Shown here in pieces: positions 61,651-64,000 of a DNA stretch of 64,000 bases (position 1 is its first letter; each line of letters starts with the position of its first letter). The notes under the pieces were generated by a model. It made no database searches and was not told the DNA's origin. It saw nothing but the letters and a program-made list of their open reading frames with translations. Both the position numbers and the translations under genes were made by a program. The stretch covers positions 115,816,421-115,880,420 of the forward strand of contig NC_134837.1 in the NCBI RefSeq assembly GCF_004210375.1, given 5' to 3'. The stretch is from Tachypleus tridentatus (lineage: Eukaryota).

Positions 61651-64000
61651 TAATACAGAGCTTGTAAATTAGAAACCCTTTAAATGTAAAAATATATACA
61701 CTGAACCAAAAAAAAGTAAACATACAAAAAAATAATAAGACATTAAATATATAAAAACATAATACATGTCTCTACATAATGATATAACAAAGTATTTACA
61801 TTTTAGATAGAGAGAGTATATATTTTAACTCACCTAAAATATCTCCAACAGTAAGTCCTCAAATGCAGCTATGGTGATATGGTGAATAATCTCCTTAGCT
61901 CTTACAATGATTTGTGAGTTTTTGCCAGATACTTTTGGAGTTGACACACTTCCTCCAACTTCACTTGTGGCTCTTGTTGCTTAAAAAAAAAATTGCTGCC
62001 TTCTCAATCATAAAGAGCCTGGGTCTCTAGCTGCCCGATATTTTCAGTGCCCATTAAAATTGTGATCTGTTGCAATGGAGCTGCAAGCATTCCTTGGTTT
62101 GGTTGATTGATTTAGTGTTTTATGGCACAATGCAGCTAGGCTATCTGCACCAAATGTCCAGCAAAAAACATAAAACCAATGTTGACACCTAGTCTACAAT
62201 GTTAAGAGAGAAAGCAGAGTAAGAGAAGTTGTAAAGGACTTTCTCTAGCAAAATGGTAATGATCATAACCCGCCAGGAAGACTAACAGGTAAGTACAAGA
62301 ACCACCGTCAGTCACCTGAAGTTGACCTTTCCAATCCTGGTTCTGGGTTATGTTGTCATAACAGCCTCCTTGGTTTGGTCTTTATTTGAAGAGCTTCACT
62401 TTTTTTCCAGGAGTTGTGAATGATGGAGTGATTGAAACAGATATTTTAGGGATGGACCTGTTGGTCACTATTGCTACAGTTGGTTGTTCCATTCTCACTG
62501 TAGTTACAATGGTGACTACCACTTAAAAAGTAAATTTAACTAGTGTTATGACTGTCAACATAGTAGAGGTGACAGTATGAGTGATTTTGTCAGAGTTGAG
62601 TTCTTTTTTCATTGTCTTTTAGTGGTGGAATGCTGTCTGTTGTTTCCCTTAATAAGGCACTTCAGTAGCTTTCTGCAATGCTTTCTTATTCTTTATACAA
62701 TTTTGTGGCATCTTATTCATATCGATATGGAATGTTGTAGTGATATGCAGCTGGGTAATTGCACACTAGACATCATAAACTTGTCCAAACTTACTTTTTC
62801 TAGCACCTTATATTAGATGTCGGTAGAACAACCAGTAGTGAGGGTGCTGGAAGGTGACTTATGACACTTTTTAGTCCAAAGAACCAAGTCCATAGTTACT
62901 TCCTTCAAATGCTGTATGTCTGATGACTTGGCCATTACTACATCTTCATCAATGAACTGTAAAAACATGAAAGCAGGTTCAGCCCTATGCACTGAAGACA
63001 GTATTGGAAATTTCATAGTATTACTAAAGTCCAAAGGAAAAAGACTTACTGTTATTTCCATCCATGTCAGCAACTACAGGGAGTTATTTGCAAAAGAGAA
63101 TACTCAAAAACATCAGTAGCCAGTTTAAAAGATAAATATAGCCAAAAAAGTTAAGAACTTTATCTTACATTGATCAGAGGAATTAAATCAAGATGGTAGG
63201 TTAAAGCAGTACTACCTCTGTTACAAAAAATTCATCTGCAAATACCTATCATGGCATAGTGAAAAATCAAAAATAAAATGTGGGGTCACACACTGTATTT
63301 ATGGACCATGTGCTCACTTGTATCCAGCTCATAATATTTATACTATCTACTAACTCAAGCATCCTTGAATAGCAAACTCATACACAACCTCATATACTTC
63401 CAGTGCTAGTGCAGCCTCACTGATAAACTGCAACTAGCACTTCACAGAGCTCAGATGCAGTAGAAAAGACCTGGGGGATTGAAAGTGTCAACATTACTTA
63501 CTGATATAGATCAGACATCACATGAGTGTCAACCTTATTCACCAGTCCATTAGAATTCATTATTATCTGTGTCTCCTCTCTTTGACATCTTTGGTAAATA
63601 ACAAACTTTGCAGAAGACAAGAATATCCAGCTGTCACAGAGGTATCATATTTTGTCTGGGGCATAGCTTGCATTTTGATGTAGAACTCAGTTCGTGTTGA
63701 TTTGTGTTGAAACATAATTAGAAGACTGACTTCTTAAAACATTTTAATCTGCTGACCAAAATAGTCGTGCACAACAAACAGAACACTGGATTGTTTTGAG
63801 TTAAAATGTCATGCGCAGGCATACTTGTCTAGTTCCACATTTCACAGACAATTTCACTTCCTTGCAATTTCACACAACCCACCAAAATTTGCTAAACACA
63901 ATTCAAACCACATTCATATACACATGTATTAGAAATTGTTATTATCATCTCTTCTGGTAAAGCACAATACCTGTGAACATGAGAGCCAAAACTGAATTTT

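Noticed and set aside
355-63119. The numerous 60-140-aa ORFs in the supplied six-frame track, such as 2246-2662(-), 7988-8218, 9995-10192, 18416-18838(-), 28189-28392 and 56530-56856
   Set aside because: They lie in AT-rich intron or decayed TE sequence and are low-complexity (K/N/I/F/L-rich). They show no similarity to any family I recognise. Several begin at TTG or GTG rather than ATG; for example 16078 is TTG and 43897 is GTG, so the leading 'M' is a product of the translation table. Those that overlap TEs are accounted for by the TE annotations.
1-64000. A prokaryotic-style novel system such as a defence island, operon or CRISPR array
   Set aside because: There is no gene-dense co-oriented ORF organisation, no RBS or terminator architecture and no direct-repeat and spacer arrays. 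The only long conserved reading frames are split by canonical spliceosomal introns. The window is unambiguously eukaryotic.

Overview
This is eukaryotic nuclear DNA, not a prokaryotic locus: long AT-rich introns bounded by GT…AG, a (GT)n microsatellite, and nested transposons of metazoan families (LINE, hAT, Tc1/mariner, pogo/Tigger, SINE, MITEs, a Penelope-like fragment). It is probably an invertebrate metazoan. The one host gene I recognise is a major vault protein (MVP) orthologue on the + strand. Fourteen coding exons, found by eye against the remembered human MVP sequence, span 16099..53530 with consistent intron phases and canonical splice sites. One in-frame TAA in exon 2 (24361-24363) sits where the human protein has a conserved Gln, in an otherwise undisrupted gene; this is the most interesting single observation. 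The introns and flanks are a transposon graveyard, and several elements are delimited at base resolution: a hAT-Charlie/ZBED5-FAM200-like transposon with a 460-aa transposase ORF nested in a LINE; an internally deleted Tc1 element with TA target-site duplications; a pogo/Tigger element with TA duplications; a second hAT with an 8-bp duplication; a two-copy MITE family; a CT-rich retroelement family in four copies; and two long near-perfect palindromes. There are no prokaryotic-type operons, CRISPR arrays, rRNAs or convincing tRNA genes. The many short ORFs in the supplied track are mostly noise in AT-rich intron or decayed TE reading frames, and their leading 'M' often reflects non-ATG start codons. 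All coordinates are hand-counted and may be off by a base or two.
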